Positions 25,561-39,030 of a stretch of DNA of 64,000 bases are shown in pieces (within the stretch, counting starts at the first letter, position 1; every line of letters begins with the position of its first letter). The stretch lies in contig CDPCPM010000076.1 of the NCBI GenBank assembly GCA_976551045.1, positions 18,228,001 through 18,292,000 of the forward strand. The letters run 5' to 3'. The position numbers were made by a program, and so were the translations under genes. Below the pieces are notes generated by a model that was given only the letters and a program-made list of their open reading frames with translations, made no database searches and was not told the DNA's origin. Source of the stretch: Glaucostegus cemiculus. Taxonomy: Eukaryota.

Positions 25561-28500
25561 ACTACCATCAATGCACTTGGCTCTCGTATTGCAGATCACA
25601 AACCAAAGACTCAGTCAGCATCTCTTTCACCTCAATTCCAAACAGTTCAGCAGTTGCGTGACATCGTAATCCTTGTGTTGTATGGGTCCAGATGGAGTCT
25701 GCTCACAGGGTAACAAAGTATGAGACAGTGTGGCAGTCCTGCATCATGGTAAATTGATATTTTTGTGTTGCACTTTGAACATTCAGATGTAGAATATTTT
25801 CTTAAGTTTTAAATATTTCTTAGTAAGAAAATAAGAGAATATTTTCTTTAATAAGAAAAAAATCATATCCTCAACATGGGAAAAATAGATATCTGCTTCC
25901 CATGTTACATGCAGAGACTATTTGTTTAATTACATTATGTGATGGGAATTTGTTTCCATTGATTCCAGTGGAAGCAAATTTCAGTAGAAGGATGCAAAAC
26001 ATGGTTTCTAATACATTGCAAAGTTAGTGTATGCAACCAAGGTTGAATTTATGCCTCAAAATCATAAATGGACCAGTGTAATTGGGTAGTGTATCAGAAT
26101 ATAATCAATTTTTTGTTTCTCTTGCCATCAAGATATTCTTTGAAGTTCAGGAATATAACTTGCACCATTTTTATTATTAAAGTTGAAAATGAGTTTATCA
26201 CTCAAAATAAATACTTTTGATAAGTGAATTCAATCCTAAATTGATGAGCAATTGAATTTAAGATCAATAAAATTGATATTAAAGAAACAATACTGAATTA
26301 TTAGTAGTTTCCATGGTGACAATAGTCTGTGTTTTACTGAATATATTTTGATATTAAAATTAAATCTTTAAATTATGTCCATTTATGTTTGAGCACCAAA
26401 GCAAGTAAGAGTAATTTTAAGAGCCTTTTGCAACCACCACAGTGAGTGAAATCTCAATTTCAATTTGGAGAGTGGCTAATATGCTGGGGTGGGTGGGCTG
26501 ATCTGAGAGAACTGAACACTTAAGTGGCCTAAAGTTAAGTGGAACATGCAAAAGCAAGTGGCTTTTTGTTTAACTCACTTATGTTTAAAATCTCCCATCT
26601 TTTGTGCTCGTTTGGCCAATTCCACCCAGATTGTGCTGATATTATTAGTGTAACCGAGCGGAAACTCTACTTGTATATATTTCCAGCAGCTGATCAAAAC
26701 TCACTTACTCCACTGTTTCTGAGAGGGTCTCTTACAAACTTCTTTTCAAATTCCTTCAGTGGAGATGTGTAGTGTCCATCGTGTCACACCTTTCAAAGAA
26801 AATACTATTGTAAAACTAAATTCAATTGTGATGCACTCCCAAAAGTGTAGGGCAAAAAACGTGATTGGTTCAAATAGTCAGTTGGCTGTTAAATGATCAC
26901 ATGTCTCTCCTTAATGTGAAAGCATCAGAAATTATCAAAGAGGTGTGAATAACCAAAAGAAAACCAAATAATGAAATCCTTGCTTATGCACACCTTAACC
27001 AGTAAGATTTATACATATCAGCAAACTTCTCACAGTTTCTTCACACTGTTTTGAACTATAGTTTTTCTTGCCTACCACTGGAGAAATTTATCCCAATCCC
27101 ATCACCATCCATTGTGCTACATCTTCTCAATGAACTGAGCATCACCTGAAGTTTTTCTATCCTGGAGAAGGACTCTTTTTGAAAGGTCAGAGGTTTCTGT
27201 ACCAGAATTTGTGATCCTGATAATTAGAGCTATTTACGAGGGCAAGGCCTAAGAAAATGCTGAAATCTTCAGGTGGGCAAATTTAGAAAGCACATAACAA
27301 AAACACCTTATTATGAAAAAGTTTAGGGATTAGTAAACATAAGATTATAAGTAAATAAAGACTACTCAAGCATTGCTTGTTATTGTATATTTTATTGTTA
27401 TGCTAACTTGGGCAGTTGGGGCTGTAACTGTGTAGAGGAAGGAATGGATCAATATTGGTTGTGATAATTTTTCTACCTTGTGGAACAATATCAGCACACC
27501 ATTTTCCTTCCTCCACTTTGAAGATTTCCTGATGGACGAGACCTGTGGCCATGCAAATGCGCTAGATCTGCATTAGGCTGCAGGCCTTCATTCAGCAAAT
27601 TATAGATTTCTTTGGTCACCTTCTCGAAATACCTCTATCCATAGAAAACCACTGTTTCTCTGACAGATTTGGTTATGTGCTTTTACGTGTCACTGTTTGA
27701 ATATAGCTATACGTGGCACTTCTTCTGTGATATTGTCAAACAATCTTGACAGTAGATTTAGCAAGGTTCATCTTAAATGGGCTCCACTGAATTGTTTACT
27801 TTCCTAAAGAGTGTAATATGCAATTGGAAAAAAGGAAGATGGGTTGAATGAGTTCTGATAATACTCTCTTTCAATTTTTTCTCAAGCAGTGATGGATGCA
27901 AAGGAGCAGGATATCACTGAGACATTTTGTCAAATAAAAAGATGTATTCATGAAATATTCTAGTGATTGTTTTAATGAAGAGATGTCTCAATGATATTCC
28001 ATTGTCATTGTATTAATTTATTGTAAGCCCATCAATTGTCCTCAGTCACTTACACTGTACTGTACATGCTGTAAAGTAGCAGCTGTGTATTTTAATATAT
28101 TTCTGAAATTTGGGTTTGTTTAAGCCTATGGAAGCAAATTCAAAGAGTAAAGTTTAATGCAGAATTACTCTGCCACAACTGTGCATTTGCCACAAGTAAC
28201 CAAGAATCATTTTCTAATCCCATGATCACTTTAGGTTTCAACAAGTAGTAAGCAGCCAAAACAATGTGAAATTTTTATGCAGCAATAAATGGGTTAATAC
28301 AGGGAGAAAGATCACCTTTGGTTAAAATCATTTAAGCTAATTTAGTGATAGAAACTGAAAATCTCTTTTACCTGTATCAGTTGAAATAGTCAATTTCTCT
28401 TACCATTTTTGAGTCTCTGTCTGTCTGTCTCTTTCTCCCATTTTTAGTCTCTTGCCTCTCTGTCTGTGTTGATTCCTTTCGGTGTTCATTATGTAACAGA

Positions 28501-28844
28501 CCTACTTCCATTAGTAGTCAGGAGAAGCTGCCCTCATGTCTGTCTGCAAGGCCCCTCAAATGAAAATCGAGGTCACCTAGCAACCAAGCAGCAACAGGCA
28601 ACATTCAACTGAGGAATCATTGATCTGTGCTGTCTGAAGCTAAATACAGCCGCAATGAATAGACAAAAAGTAACAGTTTCTCTTCCACTAGCTTTCATAC
28701 AATCTATTCCAGAGGAAGGGGTGGTCATGTGGGCCAGGGGTAGTTTTGGGTGGTCCTGGTAGATACAGAAAAGTTCCAATAATCGGCTCTCTGACCCTTC
28801 AGAAATCCCAATGGTTCAGCATCAGGCTTACCAGGTAAAGCATT

Positions 28845-28960
28845 GGTCACAGGGAGGATGTGCAAACTCCATGCAGATAGCACAGTGATCAGGATTGAAC
28901 CTGCATTGCTGAAGCTATAAGCCAGCAGTTCTCCTAGCTGTGTCATTGTGCTATCCCTAA
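28845..28960 (-). mobile_element. V-SINE 5' fragment
   Basis: ggtcacagggaggatgtgcaaactccatgcagatagcac...aggattgaacctg (reverse B box and V-domain). Confidence 0.7.
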
Positions 28961-29054
28961 TGGAATACCTGTTATCATGAAAGCAGGCAGCTTTATAATG
29001 TTTGCAAAACCAACCGACTTCCCAAAATCGATTTGTCACTTCCCCTGTTTAGAG

Positions 29055-29395
29055 TCCCAGAGAGATACAGCACAGAAACAGGCTCTTCAATCCATGAAAT
29101 CTGCACGACCATCAAACACTCATTTACTCTAATCCTTCATTAATTGCATTCTCCCTACATTTCATCAATTTTATATACTCTACCATTCACCTACACACTG
29201 GGGGCAATTTACAGTGGCCTATTAATATACCAATCTGCATTTCTTTGAGATGTGGGAGAAAACCAGAGCATGTAGAGGAAAACATCGCGGTCATAGGGAG
29301 AACATGCAAAGTCCGCACAGAGAGCACCAGAGGTCAGGATTGAACCCAGGTCTCTGGTGCTGTGAGGCAGCGGCTCTTCTAACTGCGCCACTGCG
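29055..29395 (-). mobile_element. tRNA-derived V-SINE (HE1-like) with CR1-like tail
   Basis: gatgtgggagaaaaccagagca...gagaacatgcaaagtcc...ggattgaacccaggtctctggtgctgtgaggcagcggctct; tail gatacagcacagaaacaggc. Confidence 0.8.
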
Positions 29396-30169
29396 CTGCT
29401 ATTTAAATAGGAAATGGGCAGGTTTGAGGTGGGTTCAGATTTCATCCAGATTTTATGCATTTTAACCATCAACATGACTCAAGACTAATTCCGTGAGCCA
29501 ATGTTCTCCCTTTTATGATGTACTCCTGCCCATGACATCAGTTTGAGGGAAAATGCCAAGATTGGTCTGACTCTACAACACAGTCCTATCTGGTTATTTT
29601 AAGCCTGAATGAGCCAACGTCCCACTTTTGTTATAATAAAGTGCCAATCCTTCTCTCTATTTGCCAATGCAATTTGCAACTTGTTATCACAGTGTCGGTA
29701 ACCTGATAAGTCAACAGTTTGACAGGTAATAAAAACCCAAACAATACATTCAGTCTATGAGATTGTTCCACAGGATACATCCCATTTTGTGAATGACATT
29801 TTGAGGCAGTATATCACTCCATGTATGACGCATTCTGGAATACCTTGTCTATAGAAAAACACCATTCCTTTGACAACTGCAGAGCATTGCCTCATGTATA
29901 AAGCATGGTATTTTGTTAATAATTCTGCAATATAGTCATACCTGAATATATTACTTTGATATTTGTATTACAAACACAAAGTAGGCAACGAACCATTTTG
30001 CATTCAACTTTATTTTTTAAATGCTTATGAGTTATATGTTTATGAATTCAAGATACAACTTATCCATTGTGAACTAGCCTTATCTAAAATCTGAATTATG
30101 TTGTTTTCAACTGAAACTCTAGTATAAATAATTTACAGAAGCTTGTTGTTTTAGAACTGTGTATTGTGC

Positions 30170-31340
30170 CATCTGAGTGAGGAAAGGACATTGGAGGGGA
30201 TAGGGCAAAGGTACTGCTTTATACTTGGGCTCAGTGAGCTAATCTAAGTAGAAATAGCCATGGCAAGGCACCTCTTTTCTGTTGAATATGCATGATGTGC
30301 CATGTGGAAACTTCAACATGCTTTCCATTATCTGGACACCAGAAATGCAGGAAGTGTCATTAACAAGAGGAGCAGGAGCTCCAGGTTTAGAGCTTGAGTA
30401 ACAGTTGATGTCATTGTGATCCATCTGTGAAGCTGAGAGTTTTATGCATTGTGTGTTTCAGGAGTTGGTCACCTCACAGCTTAGGCTGAGAGGGGTGACT
30501 GCAACAAACAAAAAAGAGCAGGCAGGTAGCTTAGGAGATCACCAGGCCATTTTTGTCTCTAACCAGTTTTGGGCTTGAATATGATGGGAAGAGGACACCA
30601 TTGAGGAGTGCAGCCAGAGCCAAGACATTAGCTTTAAGGGTGTTTCAACCATACATGGATGCAAGAGAGAGGTCAAGAGAGGAAATGTAATGATGGATTT
30701 TGTAACTAGAATACATAGAGTCAATAGAGTCATTTCAGTGGTCACATATGTAATACCAGGATAGTATGATTACAATTTGGTGCCTGAGTGAAGGGTGTCA
30801 TTGAGTGGCTGCAGAAAAGTTTGGAGTGGAAGATCAGCTGGAGGTTGTTGTACATGTAGGCAGCTACAACATAGGTAGGAAAAGGGGTAAGATCTTGCAG
30901 GCAGATTTAAAGAACATAGGAAAGAGATTAAGAAATAGTACCTAAACAGTAGTAATTTCCAGATGCCAGTGAGTACAGTAATAGGTGGATAGTGCAGCTG
31001 AATGTATGGCCGGAGAGATGGTACTGAGGAGAAGGATTTAGAACCCTGTGGTATTGGGACCATCTTTTGGGAACATTGGACCTTTACATGCTAAACGGAT
31101 CGCTCCTCAATAGGACTAATATCTCCATGGGCATACTTGGTTATGTTGTTGGGAATGATTTAAACTGGCTTGGCAGGCAGATTGGAAGCTGAGGCTCAGA
31201 AGGGAAAAAAACAGTACCGCAAAGGGAAGGCAAAAATTTAATGGCACTTGTAAGGCAGAGAAAATAGTCAGAAAATAGACTAAAAAAAGGTCTGGCTGTG
31301 CTTCTTTGTGTATACCTCTTGTGAACTGATATGGATGACC
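30170..31340 (+). mobile_element. Decayed CR1 5' region with ORF1 SGNH esterase remnant
   Basis: Remnants VVVHVGSYNIGR (cf. VHVGTNDIG), LNVWPERW..EGFR..YWDH..G..DLYMLNG..LN. Confidence 0.75.
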
Positions 31341-31349
31341 TGACTTCCA

Positions 31350-31655
31350 TAGACCTGGTTTCAATTGCGACACTAGTATTGTCTGTTTAAAGCTGGCATG
31401 TTCTCCTTGTGACTGTGTGGGTTTCTGCCAAGTACTCCGGTTTCTTTCCAGATCCAAAGATGTGCTGGAAGGTTCACTAACTAATGTAAGTTACTCCTTA
31501 ATGTAGGTAAGTGGCAAAAAGAATCAAAATGGAATTAATTGGCATGTGAGAGAGAATAAGTTACAGGATCTACAGGAGAGTGATGATGGAACTGATCTGG
31601 GAGCTGGCATTGACCCAAGGGGCAAACTGACCTCCCTCTGTGTATTGTTACTAAG
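31350..31655 (+). mobile_element. Decayed V-SINE
   Basis: ggtttcaatt...gcatgttctccttgtgactgtgtgggtttctgccaagtactccggtttctttcc. Confidence 0.7.
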
Positions 31656-33324
31656 TATTAAACTTGACTAAGATAATATCACTTAAAGGGGCAGTATAGT
31701 CTTTTCAATAAAGATAAAATCCTGGCTGATGAACAAAGGGATAGTTGGGATCACTTTGTGATATAGTGCAAATATTCCCCTTCTCTTCAACTTTGTCAGT
31801 CTATTTATTTCTCCTCCTCCTTATTTCAGGAGAAGGGCTCATGATTGTAGTTGGCTGACTCACTTGAGTCAAGTACCAGTCCAGAGAGTAAGAACTGATA
31901 GAATACCTGACTGCCTGGGCAATAAGGACTAGTTCATTTTACTCCTGTCATCTAAACTTAAAAATTAAGATCCTGTTTTCTATTTCTTAAAAGAAACATT
32001 CTTGGGATTTGAGTGTTTGTGGAATGTGGGCATTATTGCCCACTTGGAGTGGACCTGAGGAGACAGGGGTGGATCTCCTTCTGGAGCTGCTGTAATTCAC
32101 ATTACAACAGTCCCTTACCATCCAAGCTGCTTGCAAGACTACTTCAGAGGATCCTTAAGAATCATCCACATTGATTTGCAGCAGGAATCACATAATCAGA
32201 AAATAGCAACAATTTTTCATCCCCAAAGGCCACTGCAGAGCATATTGGGCTTTTACTGAAATCAGAATTGTGATAATTTTTACAGTTACTAAGGTAATTT
32301 TAAATAGAATTCAAATCTGCAGTTGGGAAAGAGTGTTAGTACATTCTTCTGGATTACAGTTCCAGCAGCATAACTGCAGCATTGCTCATTCCATTAATTA
32401 TTGATGAACATTCCCAAAGATTTGTTTAGAAATACACACTGCTTCCCATCAATGTCTCAACTCTTTCATTTCTGAAGGTCACTCACTGCCATCAAACATC
32501 AGTCAAAACACTGCCTCTTTTATCATACAAGTGTCAGTACTGAGTAATAGGTCATGTACGCTTGTATAACAAAAGCTTCTCATTATTTAGTGTGTTAGAT
32601 TCTGTTTTTTGTAAGCTTGTTGCTTTTAGTCTGAATCCATTTCTTGTTTTGAAATTCATCTGCTAAATTTCTTGATCATAGAAGTGGTGAGTTTAAAATT
32701 CTTAGCACTCTTCATCAAAGATACAGAGGAGACATTACAGCTTTCTTGCATTTCAGTCAGAAGACTCATTAAAGGGAATACAAAGATGTATGGATGTATA
32801 AAGAATATGTATGTTTTCCTAAGAATACAATCAAAGAAATAGATTTAATTCATCAGAATCTTGGGTTATATTTTCTCTTTTTCCAACAAAAAATCTGTTC
32901 CTATATGATTATTACAATATTTGAATATCTGGTGATCAAAAATGACAGCCCCAAGTCATTTTAATCCTATTGAATTTATAATATCAGATACCATAACAGC
33001 AGAATAGTGAAAATTGTGATTCACTTTTAATGCTGTGTTCACATATTTCCAGCAACAAAATTGAAATTTAATTGGCGAAGCTGATGCAATTGATTTGATA
33101 CAATAGTGGAATAAAGAAAACATGGTCAAAAAAGCCACGAAAGATTTTAGCAGATCCCCTCTCACCTGACCCTACTCCTGGTGTCAATCTTCCTTGATCA
33201 ATCCGCCTCTGATGTCAGCCTTCCTGGGTGGTCTCATCTCTTGATTTCAGTCTTCCCAGTCGCTCCTAACTACCAATGGTTGATTGCACATTTAATTAAA
33301 TCAGCTTATTAACTGACAATAAAT

Positions 33325-33545
33325 GAAAATCAAAAAAACTGTAGATGCTAGAAACCTCTGAAATAGCTCACATTCTTTTACTCTCCATCTGCCATGTTAT
33401 TGCCCATTCACTGAGCTTGTCTATATCCCCTGAAGCCCCTTTGCATTCTCATCACTATTCACATCACTCTTCGACCTGATACATTAACTCTTTCCACAGA
33501 TGGTGCCTGTCCTGCTGAATGATTTCAGCATTTTCTGTTCTTATA
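33325..33545. mobile_element. Inverted Penelope-terminus halves enclosing a reverse CR1 RT fragment
   Basis: 33325-33365 (reverse terminal repeat) and 33470-33545 (forward) flank 33380-33460, which resembles the reverse complement of 34437-34510. Confidence 0.55.
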
Positions 33546-34344
33546 TTATTAACCAAAAAGCTTGCTGCTCTGAACATGGCTTGTCACACATGGAAAATAA
33601 ATATATTTATTTATTGATAAATGTTACTTCTTTTCCCATATTTGGCAAGTCTATTTATATTTGGAAGCAGTCCACTTGTGATCTGCTTTAGTTTACTGAT
33701 GTTTATAAACTGATATCAAATAGAAGGTTGAATGTGGAGGTCTGAGATTGGGAACAGCATAGATGACAAAAGGATGAGTATGTAAGCAGCTGACTTCAAG
33801 TGTTGGGTTGGGAGAATTGTGTTGGGACATTAAATGAGGTTGTGTGAGAAAGAGTGAGAGGAGCAGGGCCAGGTGTGGAAGTCTGACATTGGGAGCTTAG
33901 GGTTATAAGGGGAATAAGGCAGCAATCTCACCACCATAGCAAATCAGCAATGATTATTTTTTGACAATATATCCTGGCTGTGGTGACCAAGTCCTTCTTT
34001 CAAAAGTATAATATGAAATCTGCTCTAAATGGAAATTCAGGAAATCTTTATTTCCATTTCCTCTGTGTAGCAGCTTTCACAAGGTTTTCAATGTTATCAG
34101 GCCTTCAAACAGTAGATTTTAACTTATTTTTCGCTTTGCAGATCTCTTCACACATTATCAGGCTGACAGCAAATCTGAAACACATGTGAATAACAGAAGA
34201 GAAATGCAAACCTTTTTTCACCAGTGTATTAACCTTTTAGTTCATATATCCCTTGCATATATACCCCTTTGCTTATTTAATCTACAATCCATATATTAAC
34301 CCCACTAAATTTTGCTTATCCTCCCACCTGCTTGGGCCCAACCA

Positions 34345-35100
34345 TTCACAAGCTATTTCAATGATTTAGCCAAGGGGATTAAATGTAACATTTTCAAGTT
34401 TGCTGATCACACAAAATTTGGTGGTGGGAATGTCAGTAATGATGAGGATGTATAGAGGGTCCAAGGCGATATTGACAAGCTAAGTGACTGGGCAACAGCA
34501 TGGCAGTTGAAGAGTGGAAAAATGTGAGATTACCCATTTTTGTAGAAAAACAAAAACGCTGAGTATTCTTAAACAGTGAAAGACTATGAAATGTTGATAT
34601 CCAAAGGGACCTGGGTATCCTTGCACACAAATCACTGAAGGTTAACATTGCAGGTGGAGAGAGCTTGAGTAGGCCAGGCCTCTATTTTCTAGAGCTTAAA
34701 AGAATATGAGGAGACCTCTTGAAACTTACACAATACTTAGAGGGCTTGATAGAGACAAGGAGAGGATACCTCTTGGATAAGGAGCCTAGAGCTGGAGGTC
34801 GCAGTAGCAAATTAAAGGCTAGGCCATGTAGCACTTCACAGAGAGGATTCACAATCCTCTTTGGAGGAATCCTCTCTTTGGAATCTTTGGAATCCTCTAC
34901 CTTGGAGGAAGGCTGTGGAGGCTCAGTCATTGATTTAATTCAATACAGAGATCAATGGGTTTCTGGATAGTAGATGACTCAAAGGATGTGAGGATAGGGG
35001 CAGGAAGATTATGCTGAGATAGAAGATCAGCCATTTTGAATGGTCGATCGGGGTTCAAGGGGCCAAATAGGCTATTCCTGACCCTATTTCTTATGTTCTT
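34345..35100 (+). mobile_element. CR1/HER1 LINE 3' fragment (RT to tail)
   Basis: Reads FNDL..GIKCNIFKFADHTKFGG, DIDKLSDWATAWQ and QRDLGILAH; tail ggccaaataggctattcctgaccctatttcttatgttctt. Confidence 0.85.
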
Positions 35101-38100
35101 GTGTTTTTACCTACCTGAGCACTGGTACCCCAACATATCAAATAGTAAATCTTCACCTTTGTGTTAGAATTACTTAATGGACAGGCACCTCGTTATTTTG
35201 GGAATTGTATCACTCATCCACCATGTACATTCTCTACTCTCCCCTACTATTGGTGGCTTGTAGCCATGCTCTGAAAGGCATGTTTAAATCTTTTTACCTT
35301 TCTATTAATAGCACGTTTTGCTCCCTATACCCCTCTTTGTTCCTCAAAATGCTCCTTAAAGCTGCCTCATTAATCCTGCCTTTTATTAATTAATACAAGG
35401 GAGACTAGACTTGATAAAAACATGATTGGGATCACCCCAGTTTGTGTTATGCAGGTAGTACACTAGCTTTGTGACTGTCTGTTGATTACAATCAATGCAG
35501 TGCTCAGGTTGCCTGGTCTCATTTTTCATTAGCTATATTCTTTAGCAGAGTCACAGTAGCCAATACCAGTTAAAGCTTGGTTTTACTGCTTTAATCTAGC
35601 CTCACTTAAAATGAAAATGCATTTTGACTAGAGTAAATGATGGCCAAAGCTAAATCTGAACTGGGAAAAATGAACAACAGGGAGAGCAGATTCCAAGGTT
35701 TTCAAATGATACAGTGAAAGGCCTAGTGGAAGAGGTAGATGTAGGAGACATGCTCTATACTACAAGGATCCAGGAAAACTTCCAGATGCTCGCTGAGGTA
35801 ACTGTGGGGTCAGTACCAGGAATTTAGTTCCAAAGCCCTGGATGAAGTACTGTAAGCAGCTTGATCACTTCACACAATTGGTCAAGATCATTCAAGTACC
35901 ATATCTACCAACTAGTCTCAGATATCTTTCAATTCATTACTTGCCCATCATTAATACCTATCAAGTAGGACTCAATACCTAGCAGTCGATATGTTGTACC
36001 ACACCTTCACCTGTACAGGATTGTTTCTAGCTGAACATATAGTAACTCACAGCCTGAACACATTGCCAGTGTTTCAACCATTACAGATACCTTATCCAAA
36101 CACAATGGATGCCATTCACTGAAACATTATTTACCTCTGCAAAACAAGATGAAATGTAAGCAGCAGTAGAAACACATAAACTGAAAAGGCTATGCATGCC
36201 TGCATGTCATCTCTCCTGTAGGGGAAATACTGCTGGCGATCAATGGACACTCACTGAGAGATTGTGGCTAATGACGGAAGGGCTGCAATCATTGATGATG
36301 ATGGCATCTTCATGCCTACTCATCATTCTCTCATCCCACCTTCTCCTCAACTCTCTTGTGATTTACAGGTGTAAATGCTGTAAGCTTATGTCTCTTTCCT
36401 TCACCACTTCCTACACCAAAACTGTACCCTTATGGGCTTTTTCATTTCAGATACCAAAAACTGCAACCTGGTTGGGCAAAGGAAGAAGAGCATGTTCACA
36501 ATGAAGCTGAAGACATCCTATCAGTTCATCTCATTCTTACAGCAATAGTTGAAACACAGAGAATGCAGGCAATTTTAAGGCACTAGGTGTGAATGGCTTC
36601 TAGCCAATGCAGGGGTAAGGACTGAGCAGGTGACAGATCTGAGTGAGATAGTACACATGTTCTGCTGAAGACAAGTTTGCAGATAAGCACTCGATGCAGA
36701 AAGAGATTGATGGGTTTGTTTGATGTCCCTGTAAGTGTGCATTCCCACTTGCCAAGGAGAAGGAGCATTGGGTTGGGCAGAAGTTTGAGCCCATCCTTTC
36801 AAGCATGCATGGGAGTAATGGCTGACTCCATTCATGCACCCAAATGTGATGCGCAGTAGCTGCTGATATAATATCTTCCATTGCAGCACCCAGGAAAACA
36901 GGATAGCACCCAGCACCCAGGATAAACTGCAGTACTCTGACAGGATCTTTGCTGTTGCCTGTCAGCCAGGTAGTACAGACTGATGACACCTACACAGAGG
37001 TAGATGTCCAAAGTCAGACCTTCTATGCCCAGAGGTACCCGATTTTGACCACTTTCACTGAAACAATGTAAACCAATACAATGCCACTGAGGCAACAGGA
37101 TCACAAGCTAAGAACAGGGAATGTTGAAAGCAGATACTGAAGGAATTGGCAAGGATTGGGCAATTGATTTTTATGCAGACTATGACATTAATGTACTTGA
37201 TTTATAATGTTTAGTTTTTGGTGGCAATTATTTTTACATTTGTGGCCAAGCTGAACTGACAATGGTTGGTGACAGAGGGACTATTGGTGACTGGGGAACT
37301 GGTGTTGTTATTGCAGTTGAACTAATAATGAGAACTTCATGGGCAGCCTGGTCAAGAGGGGACATCCAGGTTGCTTCCTCCACTTCCTTCTTTCTGCTTC
37401 TCCTCAACCTTCCTAGGCAGGTGATGTTTGGGGTTGTCCATTCATAGTACACTATGTAACAGCAAGGGTGAGCACAATGAAGTGGATCATTAGAAGTCTT
37501 GACATCTGCTTTGCTGAGAACACACGAGCTCTTCCAGAGCATTCAAGGAAGCATGAGTGTTGTTTCGGCCTGCCAACAGATAGCTCCTTCACTACTCACA
37601 TGGCAGAGTGGCTTTCAATATGTGCTGTTCATGTATGATTAAGTTATTCATCAGAGTCATCAGCCATGTCATCAGTGAATATCCCTTGTCATTCAGTGTA
37701 CACATTTGGTTTGTCACAGTGGTTCATGTGCAGCTGGCAAAGGGAGTAGGAATGCAGACAGGATAGCAGACAATGATTTGCATGGTTTACTGCCCACGGT
37801 TATACACCAGTCAGACATTAAGGGGGAATAGGATTCATCTTGTTTCCAGTTCAGCACAGAGTTGACGAGTGGTAGCCTCAAACTGATGTGCATCCAGTTA
37901 ATTACACTCTGCAATCATAGTGAATCGTGTAGTCTCTTTGCTGCTGAGCTCTGCCAAGGTTGAATAAAATTTAGTCAACTTTCTTAATATGGAGACCCTC
38001 AGTTATCTCCTTCCAGTGCATGGTAAACTGTGAGGCTTAGCCTGATCTTTGCTGTTGCCTGTCTGGAAGCATCCAGGTACATTGCCATGGTCACGTGGAC

Positions 38101-38839
38101 AACCATCGGCAAGTTGACCTTTGCTGCTCTGTGATCGCAACAGTGCAAGCATCCCAACAGAAGCACAAATGTCTCAAGTGACAACACACTAAAGCTGCTG
38201 AACTGATAAGGACTCCCTGCTGAGAGCCCATCTCTGTTTCTCACAGTTCCTCTTCCAGCAGCTTTCCCTGTCCTGTGATACTTCTCCTCATTCTGCCAGT
38301 CATTCTGTAGCCTCGGGAATGCATCCTTGCTTGGAGTAACTGGTTTACACAGAGATCTTGTATTCAGTCTAAGTCTTTCAGTTTGTGCCACATCATACCC
38401 TGAGACTTTTGTAATACTAAAGGACTTTAGAAAGCAGCAAGCACTTGTAGTATCTTAGCAAAAGTCAGTAGAAATGAATAGGCAACTAAACTGAAATGAA
38501 TTGATAACTTTTTCTTAATTAGTACTGGAGAGGGGAGATGAGAGTCCTCCATGCTACTAATGTTTGTTCAACTGTGTAAGATTAAGAAAGTTTTACAGGA
38601 GTGTTGTGTTTCAGATTGCAGTTCTGACATAAGATCAGCATGGCATTGATATCATTGTTTGCTCATTCTAGACAAGGTCAGCGAGTATTGGAAGTGCATG
38701 TGGCCAACTCCTTCACAAAAATGGTGATCCAGTTTGACTCATGCCTCAAATACGTGTGTGAAAACAAATTGGCATCAGTGTTATCCAAAAAATATGTGCA
38801 ATAGAGCCAAACACTATGGCCACAAGTCTCAATACAATA

Positions 38840-39030
38840 TCCAAAACATTGATGAGATCACCCTGGGAGTATTGTGTACAGCTTTCCGGTCCTTACCTAA
38901 GGAATATTATACTTGCCTTATAGGGATTTCAATGAAAGTTCACCTGATTATTTCCTGGCATAAGTTGATTACCTTATGAGGAGAGATTGAGTAGACTTCT
39001 CTTTTTTGGAACAATTAAAGATAATCTCAT
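38840..39030 (+). mobile_element. CR1 RT C-terminal fragment
   Basis: caaaacattgatgagatcacc..ggagtattgtgtacagct (KTLxRxHLEYCVQ-like) and tatgaggagagattgagtagact (YEERLSRL). Confidence 0.65.

Noticed and set aside
37999-38391. 130-aa ORF on the gene strand
   Set aside because: No recognisable domain, and the flanking FRMPD3 exons already join in frame without it.
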